Below the pieces are notes generated by a model. The model was not told the DNA's origin and made no database searches. It saw only the letters and a program-made list of their open reading frames with translations. The position numbers and the translations under genes are program-made. A stretch of DNA of 63,708 nt, filler included, from Lenisia limosa (lineage: Eukaryota; Protista; Breviatea), in NCBI GenBank assembly GCA_001655205.1. It is 17 parts of 17 records of this genome, joined end to end, with 100 filler letters (N's around TTAATTAATTAA, not from the genome) between each part and the next. Parts side by side here need not be neighbours in the genome. Positions count along the whole stretch, not along the records: positions 1 to 1,704 come from LPNZ01003410.1; positions 1,805 to 3,519 come from LPNZ01004254.1; positions 3,620 to 8,729 come from LPNZ01008090.1; positions 8,830 to 22,963 come from LPNZ01011663.1; 13 more parts are not named here. One strand, 5' to 3'. Shown piece after piece: positions 1 through 12,300 of this stretch. The first letter of the stretch is position 1. Each line of letters opens with the position of its first letter.

Positions 1-1581
1 CGGATCCTCGATGCCAATCCCATTCTGGAGGCTTTTGGAAACGCTAAAACGGTCCGCAACCATAATAGCTCAAGGTAAGTGTGAAAGAAAGATATAGATA
101 GAACCACAAAAACGTATGATATACCCTGATTGTCTCTGTTTAGGTTTGGCAAATTCACGGAGTTGCATTTCAGTGATAGGTATCTCATCGCCGGAGCTGT
201 GATTGAAACTTGTGGGCTTTTTGTGTGGACGACCACTTCGCTTTCTAGGACATCATTCATATAAATACAACCTTGATTGATTCCATATCTCTATATCATT
301 TAGTATGTGCATATTATATAATATTAAAGGAATTTTTTTGAGGAAATAGATTCACAAATTGGAAATTATTGTGTCTGAATCACTATAAGCCTCCACATTT
401 GAAATTAGTTTTGTACGAATGCTAATATATTACAGATTGTAATTGGAGCTTGAATGATATATACGCGTTTTGCATCATAGTGCGTAATGCAAATAGCTAT
501 TATTGACTAGATTTGACAAAACATATTAATTAGTATGATAGTAATGAAATTCCATTTGACACAATATGATCTTATAATGACCATTAGATTAGACATATTA
601 ATCAATATAATGACACTTAGATTTACTGGAGAAGTCGCGAGTAGTAGCCCAATCTAGCAACGAGCGAAACTACCACGTGTTTTACCTGCTGACATTGGGT
701 GCTGATGAGGAGGAAAAGAGTGGGTGAATGGGATTCTAATGACATAATAGTAGTTTCATATCTGATATTATATAATATAATTACATGTACATGTACATGT
801 ACTTCTAATGAAAATCAGACAAGACAACCAACATTGTATATTAATTATTTCATATTACTCCTACTCCTATCAGTTACGTTTACATTGGTAGAGCGCCTCA
901 GTCTAAAACACCCGTCCGAATTTCGTATAACTCGTGAAAGTGGCGTCTTTTCTATACCAGGAGAGGAACCTGTTAGAGATTACCAGGTGGGGGGGGGGTG
1001 ATTACCCCCACTAACTGTACGGTGGAGTATGGGTTTCGGTGCTGCAGAAGCGACTAGCCTGTTTGATTATTGTTATCAACCCTCATGTGCTGGCTGTCAT
1101 CCAACAGGGTTGATTTTGGGCAGGGTAGTTTTGTTTCTTAATTTTCCAATTTTAACCCCCCCCCCCCAGGAGCTTAAATCCGCCTTGCTCACTGTGGGAG
1201 TGTCGGCTGAGGAAGTCAATGCAATATTCGACGTTGTTGCCGCAGTGCTTCATTTGACTGACTTGTCGTTCATTAGCGGTTTGCATGGGACTCTCTGTTG
1301 AAACGCGGTTTACCAAATTATCATCAGGATCATCTTCAGCAACAACATCATCATCATCATCAACAATCACCTACAAAAAATATCATCATTAACAACATTA
1401 CACCCTAGACCCCGGAGGTGGTGACGGCGTGGTTGTAGACGACATAAGTGCCACCTCTCCTGCTGCTCTTGCCGCGGGTCTGCTTCAGATTCCTGTTGAC
1501 GTTTTATGTCATGCTCTTGTTGTGAAGTACATTTCCACCCCTATGGGCGAGAAACTGCCCGTTAAGCTTCGTCCAGACCAG
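1..1581 (+). CDS. Myosin motor domain, internal fragment (exons 1-74, 144-211, 621-719, 892-986, 1170-1278, 1409-1581)
   Basis: Spliced translation [34 protein letters not shown]...[27 protein letters not shown]...VAAVLHL contains the canonical myosin head motifs. All introns are GT-AG with consistent phases. Confidence 0.95.
987..1169 (+). repeat. Intron-terminal 'acceptor cassette' repeat, type copy. Others at 5157-5229(+), 7110-7178(+), 23370-23427(-), 25485-25558(+), 39844-39935(-), 43258-43378(+), 46497-46592(+), 48325-48400(-), 49788-49880(-), 53533-53590(-), 56640-56679(+), 60356-60484(+), 62315-62395(+)
   Basis: Consensus GCTGCAGAAGCGACTAGCCTGGGCTTTGTTTGTTTTGTTATCAACCCTCGTGTGTTGTCAGCCAACAGAGTTGATTTGGGCTTTTTTTGTTTCATAAATTTTCCAATTTTACCCCCCCCAG. 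Confidence 0.9.
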
Positions 1582-2231
1582 GTTGGGGATTAAAGCAGAG
1601 TGGTAATTCAAAAAATTGGATCGGAATTTTGTTAAAATTTCTCTAAGAGTGGCACATTTGAACGTGATTTATGCCAAAGACTGATGTGTGTGGTGTGTGA
1701 AGAGNNNNNNNNNNNNNNNNNNNNNNNNNNNNNNNNNNNNNNNNNNNNTTAATTAATTAANNNNNNNNNNNNNNNNNNNNNNNNNNNNNNNNNNNNNNNN
1801 NNNNTAGTTAATACGTGTTCTATATATAATATATATGTATATAATGTATATTTATATACTAGTACATACATATATTTTAAATAGTTGGTTTTGATGCAAT
1901 CTGTTAATGAGTACTGTTATATATACATACACTGGGCTCCCTTTTGTTCACTGACCGAATCATTAATATATCGATAGTATACCCACACACACAAACAGAT
2001 TATATGTATCGATATATTGTAGCTAAGGCTCCACTTCGGTTCGAATATGACTGTATTTCTCGATAAATCCTCGAAAACTATCGATATTTTACCAGTATTT
2101 GCCGAACCGACGTGAAACCCTAATTATAATCTGTACCCCCACATTTACAAACATACTAGTTCACATACCCCCCATCTTTATTATATATAATACAATAAAT
2201 AACCCGCCGCCCAGGCCGGGGCTAAGAACAG

Positions 2232-3075
2232 GACCACTGAGTCCACGGCCGCGAACGAGGCCTCTTCCCGATCACATGCGGTGGCTGCTGTGGGTGGAGG
2301 TACTATTNNNNNNNNNNNNNNNNNNNNNNNNNNNNNNNNNNNNNNNNNNNNNNNNNNNNNNNNNNNNNNNNNNNNNNNNNNNNNNNNNNNNNNNNNNNNN
2401 NNNNNNNNNNNNNNNNNNNNNNAAACGAAAGGACCGTTCGGACGGAACTGTTTCTTCCATGAAAGTATGAGGTGTTCTCTTGGCTCATCTACAAAGGGGG
2501 TGGTAGCTGTGGTAGCTAAAGCTTCACTTCAGTTCAAAAAAGACCGATAAAATATCGATAGTTTTCGAGTATTTATTGAGAAAGTCAGTCTTTTTTTTTT
2601 TAACAGAAGTGAAGCCCCAGTGGTAGTGTCTCTCGTTAAAATTAAAAAGTTGAAGTGGTATTTTTATTATACTTCACCGCGTTGTCAGCCAACAGGGTCG
2701 NNNNNNNNNNNNNNNNNNNNNNNNNNNNNNNNNNNNNNNNNNNNNNNNNNNNNNNNNNNNNNNNNNNNNNNNNNNNNNNNNNNNNNNNNNNNNNNNNNNN
2801 NNNNNNNNNNNNNNNNNNNNNNNNNNNNNNNNNNNNNNNNNNNNNNNNNNNNNNNNNNNNNNNNNNCAAATAGAGGGGCCAGGCTTTTGGAGGGCGCCAA
2901 TATTAACAGGTGGAGGATGTAGTTATTACATTCTTTACATTCTTTACATGATTTACATGTTTTTATTTACACTATTTACACTATTTACATTATTTACAGG
3001 TGTTTTATTCCACTATTTACATTTTTTAGGTCTCTCCTTGCTTTGGGCAACTGTATCAATGCTTTGGTGGAGAAG
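2232..3075 (+). CDS. Kinesin motor domain fragment, kinesin-8-like (exons about 2232-2280, 2874-2909, 3030-3075; others in gaps)
   Basis: TTESTAANEASSRSHA (switch I) and RGARLLEGANINR/SLLALGNCINALVEK; the latter is typical of the KIF18/19/Kip3 class. GT-AG borders. Confidence 0.88.
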
Positions 3076-4832
3076 GTGAGAGGCGGCACATTGTGATGTA
3101 GTAATGATAAAGAAGGTTTTTTTGAAACAAGAGATATCAAATACTCACAGAAGAAATCTAGGGAAACACTTCTTTCAGATCCTGGTAGCTTCTCAAAAGT
3201 CTTGTCACCAGATTTGATTTCGTTTTTTGTTTTGTTTCCGTCATCTTTACACTATTATCTATCAGCTTCCTCATCTTTGTAGATTCCTATATGATATACC
3301 AGATATAGTGTATGTTTTGTAGTGCAATGTCCTGACAAATTTTGAAAAAATTAATTGACAAAATTTGAATTTATTGTGCGAATTGGATTTACCATGACAA
3401 TGTCGCACTTCAAATTTTTCAATTATTTTGTCAATTAATTGTACGGAGCCGTAATAAGTATCCATGTCAGGACTTATCGCGGCTCAACTAATTTTACCCC
3501 CCCCCCCCACCTCTCATCTNNNNNNNNNNNNNNNNNNNNNNNNNNNNNNNNNNNNNNNNNNNNTTAATTAATTAANNNNNNNNNNNNNNNNNNNNNNNNN
3601 NNNNNNNNNNNNNNNNNNNGGAGGGGAGGAGGAGATCTGATGATCGCTCAGGGGGAAAGTTGAAATCTCAAAAGTGATAAAAGTGGTATTATTTTTTCTG
3701 AAAAAATTGAAAAATAAAAGGTTAATTTTTACAACTACAGACATTGTTTTTAAAAAAAGAACCACCCATTTTTAGACAAGCCATTCATTCACCCCTACCC
3801 CTAACATCATTATTAGGGCTTCCCTACGGTCCAAACAAGACCCTATAAATATCGATATTTATCGAGGGTTTATCGAGAAATTCAGTCTTTTTTAGGACCG
3901 TAGGGAAGCCCAAATCATTAGTAATCAGAAGCACCTACGATTCTAGGTTATTTTTTTATTTCATTAATTTTCCAATGCTACCTCCCCAGATTACCCCCCA
4001 ATCCTCCCCACGAAGCTCAGTGTCTCGTCTGCCTCCTATAGCCATGTCGGGAGTGTTTGTAGGATTCCGTAATGGGCTATTTTTTTTCATTCGCATGGCG
4101 CACAGGGGTTCCTATTTTGGAGGGTCCCTCGAAGGAGGGGAAAAGGATCNNNNNNNNNNNNNNNNNNNNNNNNNNNNNNNNNNNNNNNNNNNNNNNNNNN
4201 NNNNNNNNNNNNNNNNNGGGCTCTTTTTTTTTGTTTCATAAATTTTCCAATTTAATTTCACTCCCCCTTTGACATACCAGTGAACCGTCTTTACCTCCGG
4301 TATCTCCTCTACCTAAGTTGACGTGAAGATGATGAGAATGATTGGTTGGCATTTAGTTTGTATATTATTATGGTACTGTTTTCCCTTTTTCTCAATGCAA
4401 CTACTAGTGAAAGATCGGGGCGGGATGGAAGGTATGGAGGAAAGTGTTAATGCTTTCCCCAGGTTCAAAGTAACGTTGCTTCCTCCGGTGCGTTCACCGT
4501 AGCCGGACGGGTAAGTTAGATTGCAAATAAGGGCGCACTGGCGCGCATCGACTTGGAATTCTTTTGAAAACGTTAGAATTCCCATACTCAACATAGGAAT
4601 CCCATGTAATTTGATGAAAATTTGAAGAATGGAATTCCCAATGGGAATCCCGTTGTTGCCGTAGTGTTGAAAGCTGCGGGCGTTTTTCAAAAAAGATTAA
4701 GGAAAACAAACCTCTCATTTTAACCAGTATCTAATTTTGAATGTTATTATATATTATTCTAACCTAGGGGACTGCCAAGTCATTTTTGGTATGCAAATGT
4801 GTTTTGTTTCAATTTACGGTGTTTACGTCAAA

Positions 4833-7800
4833 ATGAGCATCATCGAGTCAATTGTTGAACACTATGAGATGCTACCTCATCCTGAGGGAGGGTAAGTGGG
4901 AATACTCTCGTGTTTCTTATAAGTTGAGTACATATGAATAACAGCTGCTTGCCCCTTGGAGTTTATGTAATGCTAGAGATTCAGGGAATCATTTTGCGCT
5001 TATTAAGGTGAGAAAATTCCATTAATTCCTCTTTCCTTCTCCACTAACATTCTTCATTCTTTCTCAACACATGTTCCCTCGTTCTATTTTCACTCATTGA
5101 TCACCTTCTCCCTCCAGGTACTGATGAAACTCAAATTTACCCCCCCCCTCCCCTGGCTGGGCTTTGTTTGTTTTGTTGCAACAGAGTTGATTTGGGCTTT
5201 TTCAAAATTTTCTAATTTTACCCCCACAGAGTTAAGCTGGAAACAAAATACAGCACAGTATCCAGCCTATCTCTCTCTCTCTCACTCCGTCTCTCCCCGG
5301 CTCAACCAAATATGAGGTCCACTTTTGTTAAAAACCAGTAGTAAAAAAAAAGAAGCTGAAAGTAGTATTGTTAGAACAGTTTTTGGAAAATAGAGGGGCC
5401 ATCTATGTGTTCAAAAACAAGTGGACCTCATTTGTAGACAAGCTCAATTTTAANNNNNNNNNNNNNNNNNNNNNNNNNNNNNNNNNNNNNNNNNNNNNNN
5501 NNNNNNNNNNNNNNNNNNNNNNNNNNNNNNNNNNNNNNNNGGAAACCGCTCATGGCAAAAAAAAGTGGGTTTGGTGCACCCTGCCCTGATCCAGTCTGGG
5601 GCTCACTGTTACAAAAGGGGTATTGTCATGAAATATAATAATAAAAATTCATTTTTGGAAAACATAAACACACAGCCAGTAGCAGAACCCCACTTACGGC
5701 TATACCATCCCTCAAACCCGCTCCCCACCCACCTTTGTCTCACACATCCTTGACATATGTATTTATATCCTTTTTTTCACCCTTACCCAGCGCCTCCACA
5801 GCCATCATGTACATGCTGACGCAGAAGTGCCGCTCGTCGCTCCATCGAATCGCTTCGGATGAGGCATGGTGAGAGGGTCTCAATATTTTCGTCTTCTATA
5901 TACCCTCGATAAATCCTTAATTAATCCTTGATAACTCTTCCGTAAACCCTCCATAAATCCTCGATAAATCTTCAATAAATTCTTGAAAAGTCCCCATTTA
6001 TCATCCTCTACGATACTGAACTGTTTCACGGGGAGAATAAAAATCTTCGTAAACATATGATATTAACGTTTGGACTAGCCAAGTACTATTTACCTTCATT
6101 TTACCATTTTGAACCACTCAAGTGATTCATTGTGGTTGATTTTAAACCTTTTAGGCATATGAATAACAATTTAGGCACTTTTATGATGGTCAGCCAGTTG
6201 TAGTCTTTGAAGTGGCCTCGGGAAGAAGTGGGGGAGGCTTGGTATCTATTCCAATATCATATGATATATTACACTCTATTATTTTGGCGATCAATGCACA
6301 GTGTCTCTCTAAATCACAGAGAATTTCCTATGTTGATTGTTACTGACTATGTAGTTAAGGCAACTGTTTTAGGCAGGAATCACGTCCAAGGAATGGTGAG
6401 TTTGGATGTTACGAAATTCTGTCTTGGGAGAGAGGGGTACTAAAGTGTGGATTGTTACTAAATGCATTCTCCAAACTAGATTCATTACGTAATCTTTACC
6501 AAGCACCAAATCTATGATTTTTGATGATCTTAGTATCCACTAGTGATATGATCATTTAACCGACTTTCGAGTCGAATTGATGAACGAAGATAATTCATCC
6601 CGATTGTATCAGAATATCATTGAGACTTGTCGGTCAATTGTCAGGAGGTTATGAGTAAGCATATCACTGTTTGGAAAATGATAGTTCACACGTATGAAAA
6701 TGACCCAAAAGTGAACAATATATGACCTCTTTTAGAAGTACCAAAAACACAAGTGGAAAATGACCTAACAGTGATTATATGACTCCTTTAGAAGTACCAA
6801 TACGTGGTACCGAGAAATACCTGGTTTGGGTCCTGTCTTCTCTCGGAGGTTATCAACCTGCCTTTTGCCAAGGATCTCTTCCCCAGTATTAAGGTTTGAT
6901 CGGAGTGCCAATGTCTTTTTTATCCCCTCTATCTTGTTGTTTGACTTTGTATCAATAATGTTCAAAATTATATGTTTTAAGACTCTCCAAAATAGGATTG
7001 ATAAGCAGGTGTGCCCGTAGTCTGGCTCGGATGTTGTCAACTTTCATGCAATTTTCACCAAATTCGAAAAAAACATTAATTCTGAACTAATTTCTCAACC
7101 CTCATATGTTGCCAGAGTTGATTTTGGGCTTTTTTTTTTGTTTCTCAAATTTTTCAAATTTACCCCCCCTCACCACAGCAGGATGATAGGGAAGCACAAG
7201 ACGAGTGCTTCGGCTTGGTTGGCTGCACCGTTGCCCCAGGTTGGGGGAGAGGGGTTGATTTTTGATATTGGGGAGGAAAATAATATACATTAGAAACCCA
7301 GGGAAACAAATAAATACATGTATGTACATATCATGTATATATTGAGTGCTGAAATATAATGATTGAGTGATGGGTGCATGATTGGTGGTGGTAGTAAGTC
7401 CAGATCTCCATTTCAGACACTCCATTACTTATCAATTTTCTCGAAATTACATGTAATCCTACTTTTTATTTCACATGAGCATTAATTCTCCAGGATTCGA
7501 ATTTGCCGATTTTGAGATTATGAACAGTGAAACATTTGAGAAGGAGTTTTCGTAAGAGGGCTGAGGGCAAATTTTATGTAACTACTGATGATATAAAACA
7601 TATATATCGGAGATGTATAAACATATGCATGTATTTTATACATCTCCAATATATGTTGAATATATTAGAGCTCCGGGCAATTAATATTAATAAAAATATT
7701 CTATACTATGTATAATACATGTATATCATATTAATATCAAAATATTAATATATTATTTCTTGAAGCAAAAAAGTCATATTAATATAATATTAATACATAA

Positions 7801-8006
7801 TAAAAGGAGTATTAAGAAAAAAATACTGAAGAAACAGTAGAAACAAACAGAAAACGGAAGAACAAAAAAATCAACGGAATGAAATACATATTGTATGTGA
7901 TTTTATGTGCTTTACTTTGTGTATTTAACAAAACAGGGGTGACGAGGAAATCAGGCAACTTATGACGTTTCTCCTTGAGAGCCCAAAGGCGAATATGCCG
8001 AAATAA
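4833..8006 (+). CDS. DUF985 / Cupin_5 family protein, about 9 exons (4833-4891, 5230-5316 uncertain, 5791-5868, 6175-6227, 6355-6395, 6792-6848, 7179-7239, 7494-7551, 7937-8006)
   Basis: MLPHPEGG...ASTAIMYMLTQKCRSSLHRIASDEAW/HFYDGQPV...LGRNHVQGM/KYQYVVPRNTWFGS...LVGCTVAPG/FEFADFE...MPK* has the family motifs HPEGG, STAI, HR..SDE.WHF, VVP..W and VGCTVAPGF. Phases are consistent. Confidence 0.9.
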
Positions 8007-9371
8007 TGACATTTGCTCAGAATTACGCTACGCTCATTTGAAGGGAGGGGAAATGGAAATGGCTTCGTTAAATTATGTTTTTTTTTTATGAATGTTGTTT
8101 TATATACAAGCAGTAATAACATTAAAAATCTGGGACGAATATATCTACTATATATCTATTTATATATCGATATGCATACAAATTCTTAGTTGTGTACATA
8201 GAGTGTATGGGTCCTATACCTAGCATACACTTGTTATCCTCCTGAGTGTAATGGAAATTTTGAAGAAATTTATGACAAAATTTGAAATTAAAGTGTTACA
8301 TTATCTCCCACTTCAAACTATGCAATCCTTCCAAACCTACTAATACCACTTCCGCATCCAAGCTATTAATGCCCCAATAAACCGAAGTAGAACTGTTAAT
8401 AATGTGGATGGATAATGAGGGGGGATACAACACCAAGATCAAGAGAAAAATACCATTCGTCACTTGAGTGGCAGCGAATACTTTTGTGAGAAGTGACCCC
8501 CGCTCTGATTACCAAAAAAATTACATGGGCTTCCTAAGTAAATAAATGGAATCAGCTTTTCATAAGAATCCTAAGTCACTATGCACTTGCAACCCCACGT
8601 TTTGGAGTAGATGATATACAAATTCCCCCACACCCCAAAATAAGAAAGAGAACACATAGAAATTAAATAACTCTGATAATGTAATACGCCTTGTAGTAGG
8701 GAGGCAGATGTGAGGCCTGGGGGGGGGGGNNNNNNNNNNNNNNNNNNNNNNNNNNNNNNNNNNNNNNNNNNNNTTAATTAATTAANNNNNNNNNNNNNNN
8801 NNNNNNNNNNNNNNNNNNNNNNNNNNNNNAACTTTTGAAAATGACTTCAATGTGTAATTTGCTGTTTATTAGGATAAAATTCATACATATTAAGCCAAGT
8901 TATGGCCAGTAACCACGAAAACAGGCCTATTTCATAACTGTCACAATTAATTATAACCGTCACAATTTATGTGCGGCAGCATATGTAATAGAGTATGCTG
9001 CCGCACATAAATTGTGCTTTGTAGGGAAGACAACTTTCAAGTGTTCCTTCCTCTGTCTCCTTCCCTGATATGATATCAATATAATCTAAATTATTAATTA
9101 AGAAGGGCAGAGGCGTATTTTGCCATACCTATGTTTCTCTGGTTTACCTTTCAGACCCCAAATCAGTCCATGGAAAAGATAAATTTTCCAATCGTCTTCT
9201 GATTTCTTACTTCTGGATGTATATAAAACATTACTGAGGCAGTGTTTGGATTATTCTGGGATGATGGAAAATCGGCGAAATAGGGGTCAAAAGGGGGTAT
9301 AAATACTGGTACAACAAGGGGGGTGAACCGGCACTATAATTTTCTTGTTTTCTTGTTCAAAAAGCTGAAAA

Positions 9372-12300
9372 ATGAATAAATATTCTCGTCTTTTTTTGAT
9401 TGGTGAAGGTTGTGTGATTAGTCTTATTGGGCAAGTTTTCAACAGTTTTTAAAGGAATTAATCCTCAAAATGAAGAAGTAGCCCTCAAAGTAATTAAAAT
9501 GGAAGAGATGTCCGACACTGAGAGAAATGAGTGTGTAAAAGAAGTAAGACTTCTTCAAGTATTGGTGTTTTGATTAGCATTGTCCTTATCCCATCCAAAT
9601 ATCTGCAAATGTTATGATTGCTTTGAACAGAACAATGAATTGATAATAGTTTTAGAAATGGCTGGTTTTTTTAAAATGTTGTTATTCAAGAAAAAGGTGA
9701 TTTAGCGTCGTTTCTTATGACATTATTAAAGAAAAAGCAAAGACTATCTGAAATCGCAATTTGGTCTATTTTTTGTCAAATTGTTGAAGGACTCTTTCAT
9801 ATGCATTCATTGAGAGTGATGCATCGTGGTATATTAGAGTTTTTAATGTGATTTAAAGCCAGCAAATATTTTCATTGATGGATCAGGAGCGATTAAACTT
9901 GGTGATCTTGGTTTAGGGCGTCATTTTTCGTTTGATTGTTACTTTAATAGATCTAAAACGCTTCAAGCAACTTCTCTTGTGGGAACACCCTTTTACCTGT
10001 CTCCAGAAAGAATGCAAGTTTGTTGGGGTAGTATTTTTTTTCTTGTTTCTGAAATTTTGTGAGGAATGGCAAGTGGAAGGGGGTACCAGGTTATGTTCTA
10101 AAATCAGGCTTGGTCGAAGGACAAAAAGAACCGTAACCGAGCGTGACTTGAGTGATTTTGATTTAGTTCAAGAAAAGTAATTATTATTGAGAAGTTATAA
10201 TTGTTATACTGACCAAAATCATGTTAAATGTAGTAAAAAAACTAATAAAAAGATGACGGCAAAGTGAGTTTTTGTTCGGATATCGGTGATAATTTTCTTA
10301 TAACCTGCTTTAAGTCCCCAACACTGCGAGGCAACTGTGAGGTACGATTTGACTGCGTTTGCTGCGGGCATCATGCGGTAGTGAGCCACTCACCTTCTGT
10401 GTCTTTCCAGAACGATAAATGCGTTACTGCTGATGAAGCATATACTTGATTTTTTCGTCCATTAGCTTCATTATATTGGCTGAACATGGAAAGTTCTTGA
10501 AAAAAAACCGTCACAAAAGTTACTTCAATTTTTTGAAACCACTGTATTGTCTCCAGAAATGGACTCAGATTCAAATTATCTTTAATAATCCGCGTTTCAA
10601 TTGTGGAACACTTTGATATGCCCGAAATGCTATTATTTTGAAAGAGGGAGTTTTCAAATAATATTTTGGCGTAAAGGAAACTGGGTGACCCGACCCGGTT
10701 CGATTCTGATCAAGCTTCTTACTTGATACTGCTGGAGAGCATGGATTAAGTTACCAATATATGTTTGATTTTGTTGATATTAAATGAATCCACATGTGCC
10801 TTGGTGACAGGTCCAGGCCACTACAAGATAATATAACATATTTTTGAATAATAAACTAACTATTGAGTGGTTTAAAAAAAACTTCCAAAAAAACAAAATT
10901 CACAGAGGTGTGACAGACTGAGCCTGGTTAGCCATTACTCACTCAGCTGTGGCTGGGGTCTCCGAGCACCTAGTGTGACTCNNNNNNNNNNNNNNNNNNN
11001 NNNNNNNNNNNNNNNNNNNNNNNNNNNNNNNNNNNNNNNNNNNNNNNNNNNNNNNNNNNNNNNNNNNNNNNNNNNTCACTATGTGTATTTCAAGGGGAAA
11101 CAAACAATTTGTTTGTTTCCCCTTGATTTCTAATGTTATAATGAATAAAAAAGGAATCAAATACCCTTGTTGTCAACATGGTCACCGCTTTCTTGAAAAT
11201 ACTACATGATTAATTGTAAGCAAGGAGCCTAAAACCCACTCTGACTCCTCCTCCTCGTCAAGCGGTCAAGGTATATAAAGCTGTTCTCTATGGCATTTTC
11301 TTCATAATCTGATGAAATTTCTATGACCGTCAGAGGGGGCCCAAACTTTATAAGTATGGTCGAAATTATAACACATAAGGTTCATATTTTATTGAGTTGA
11401 ATTGGAAAACAACGCTTTTGTGTGTATCTATCATCACCCTTTTCCATCAGGAACCGTTTAAATTGATAGTTATTGAAGTTATTTTGTTACTCCAATAAAT
11501 AAAAAATAGTAATTCGGTAGCACACCCACCCACGAGGTCCAAACTTTCTGGGAGACGACTNNNNNNNNNNTACCCTTTCCCATCAGGAACCGTTTAAATT
11601 GATAGTTATTGAAGTTATTTTGTTACTCCAAAAAATAAAAAATAGTAATTCGGTAGTACACCCAGCCATGAGGTCCAAACTTTCTGGGAAACGACTTGGT
11701 CCTGTAGAAATGCAAAAATTAAATTGATGATCCGAGGATCTAAAAACTTATTTGAATCAAAAAGAAATTGCAAGCTTACTTCTTACAAGGACTATCTTCA
11801 AGATGAGCGCAAAAAAAAATAATGTAAAATTAAAAAAAATCAGCAAAAAGGGGACAATATGTACTATAGTGAAGCTGTGTGCAGAGTTGTCAGGAAAACA
11901 GTTTGGACAGACCCTCCCCCTTTTCTTTTCACTTTTTTTTTCTCTTTTGGATTTATTTGATTCACCATTTTAATTGTTTTTGTTTTTTGTATGAAATTGC
12001 GGNNNNNNNNNNCGAATCAAAAAGAAACTGCAAGCTTACTTCTTACAAGGACTATCTTCAAGATGAGCGCAAAAAAAAAGTAATATTACAAACTTTAATA
12101 AGAGGGGGGGAATGAAAAAAAAAATCAGCAAAAAGGAGAGGAACTGAACTGTGAACTGAACTATTTCCTCAAAAAAATTTTTTTTGATAAAATAGTTTTT
12201 GAGGTGGTCTGCAAAGTTTTTTTATAAAACAAAGGTCAAAATGAGCGTCGGTGGTCCAAAAAAATCATAAGTTACACGGTTTCTGCGCAGCAGCATATAT

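Noticed and set aside
1040-1169. Acceptor cassette as a group II intron domain V/VI relic or tRNA-derived SINE
   Set aside because: There is no domain V catalytic-triad hairpin, no AY terminus and no Pol III B box.
1152-1400. Poly-Asp ORF and similar low-complexity ORFs (e.g. 43556-43786)
   Set aside because: They arise from (CAT/GAT)n microsatellites within introns or antisense to real exons.
10660-10715. tRNA-like boxes TGGCGTAAAGG...GGTTCGATTC
   Set aside because: The spacing is about 30 nt, too short for an anticodon arm, and there is no acceptor stem.
11430-12130. Tandem duplications of 75-130 bp (11440-11560 vs 11571-11697; 11755-11830 vs 12013-12090)
   Set aside because: Each pair is split by a 10-N gap and differs by scattered SNPs; these are most likely two haplotypes scaffolded in series.
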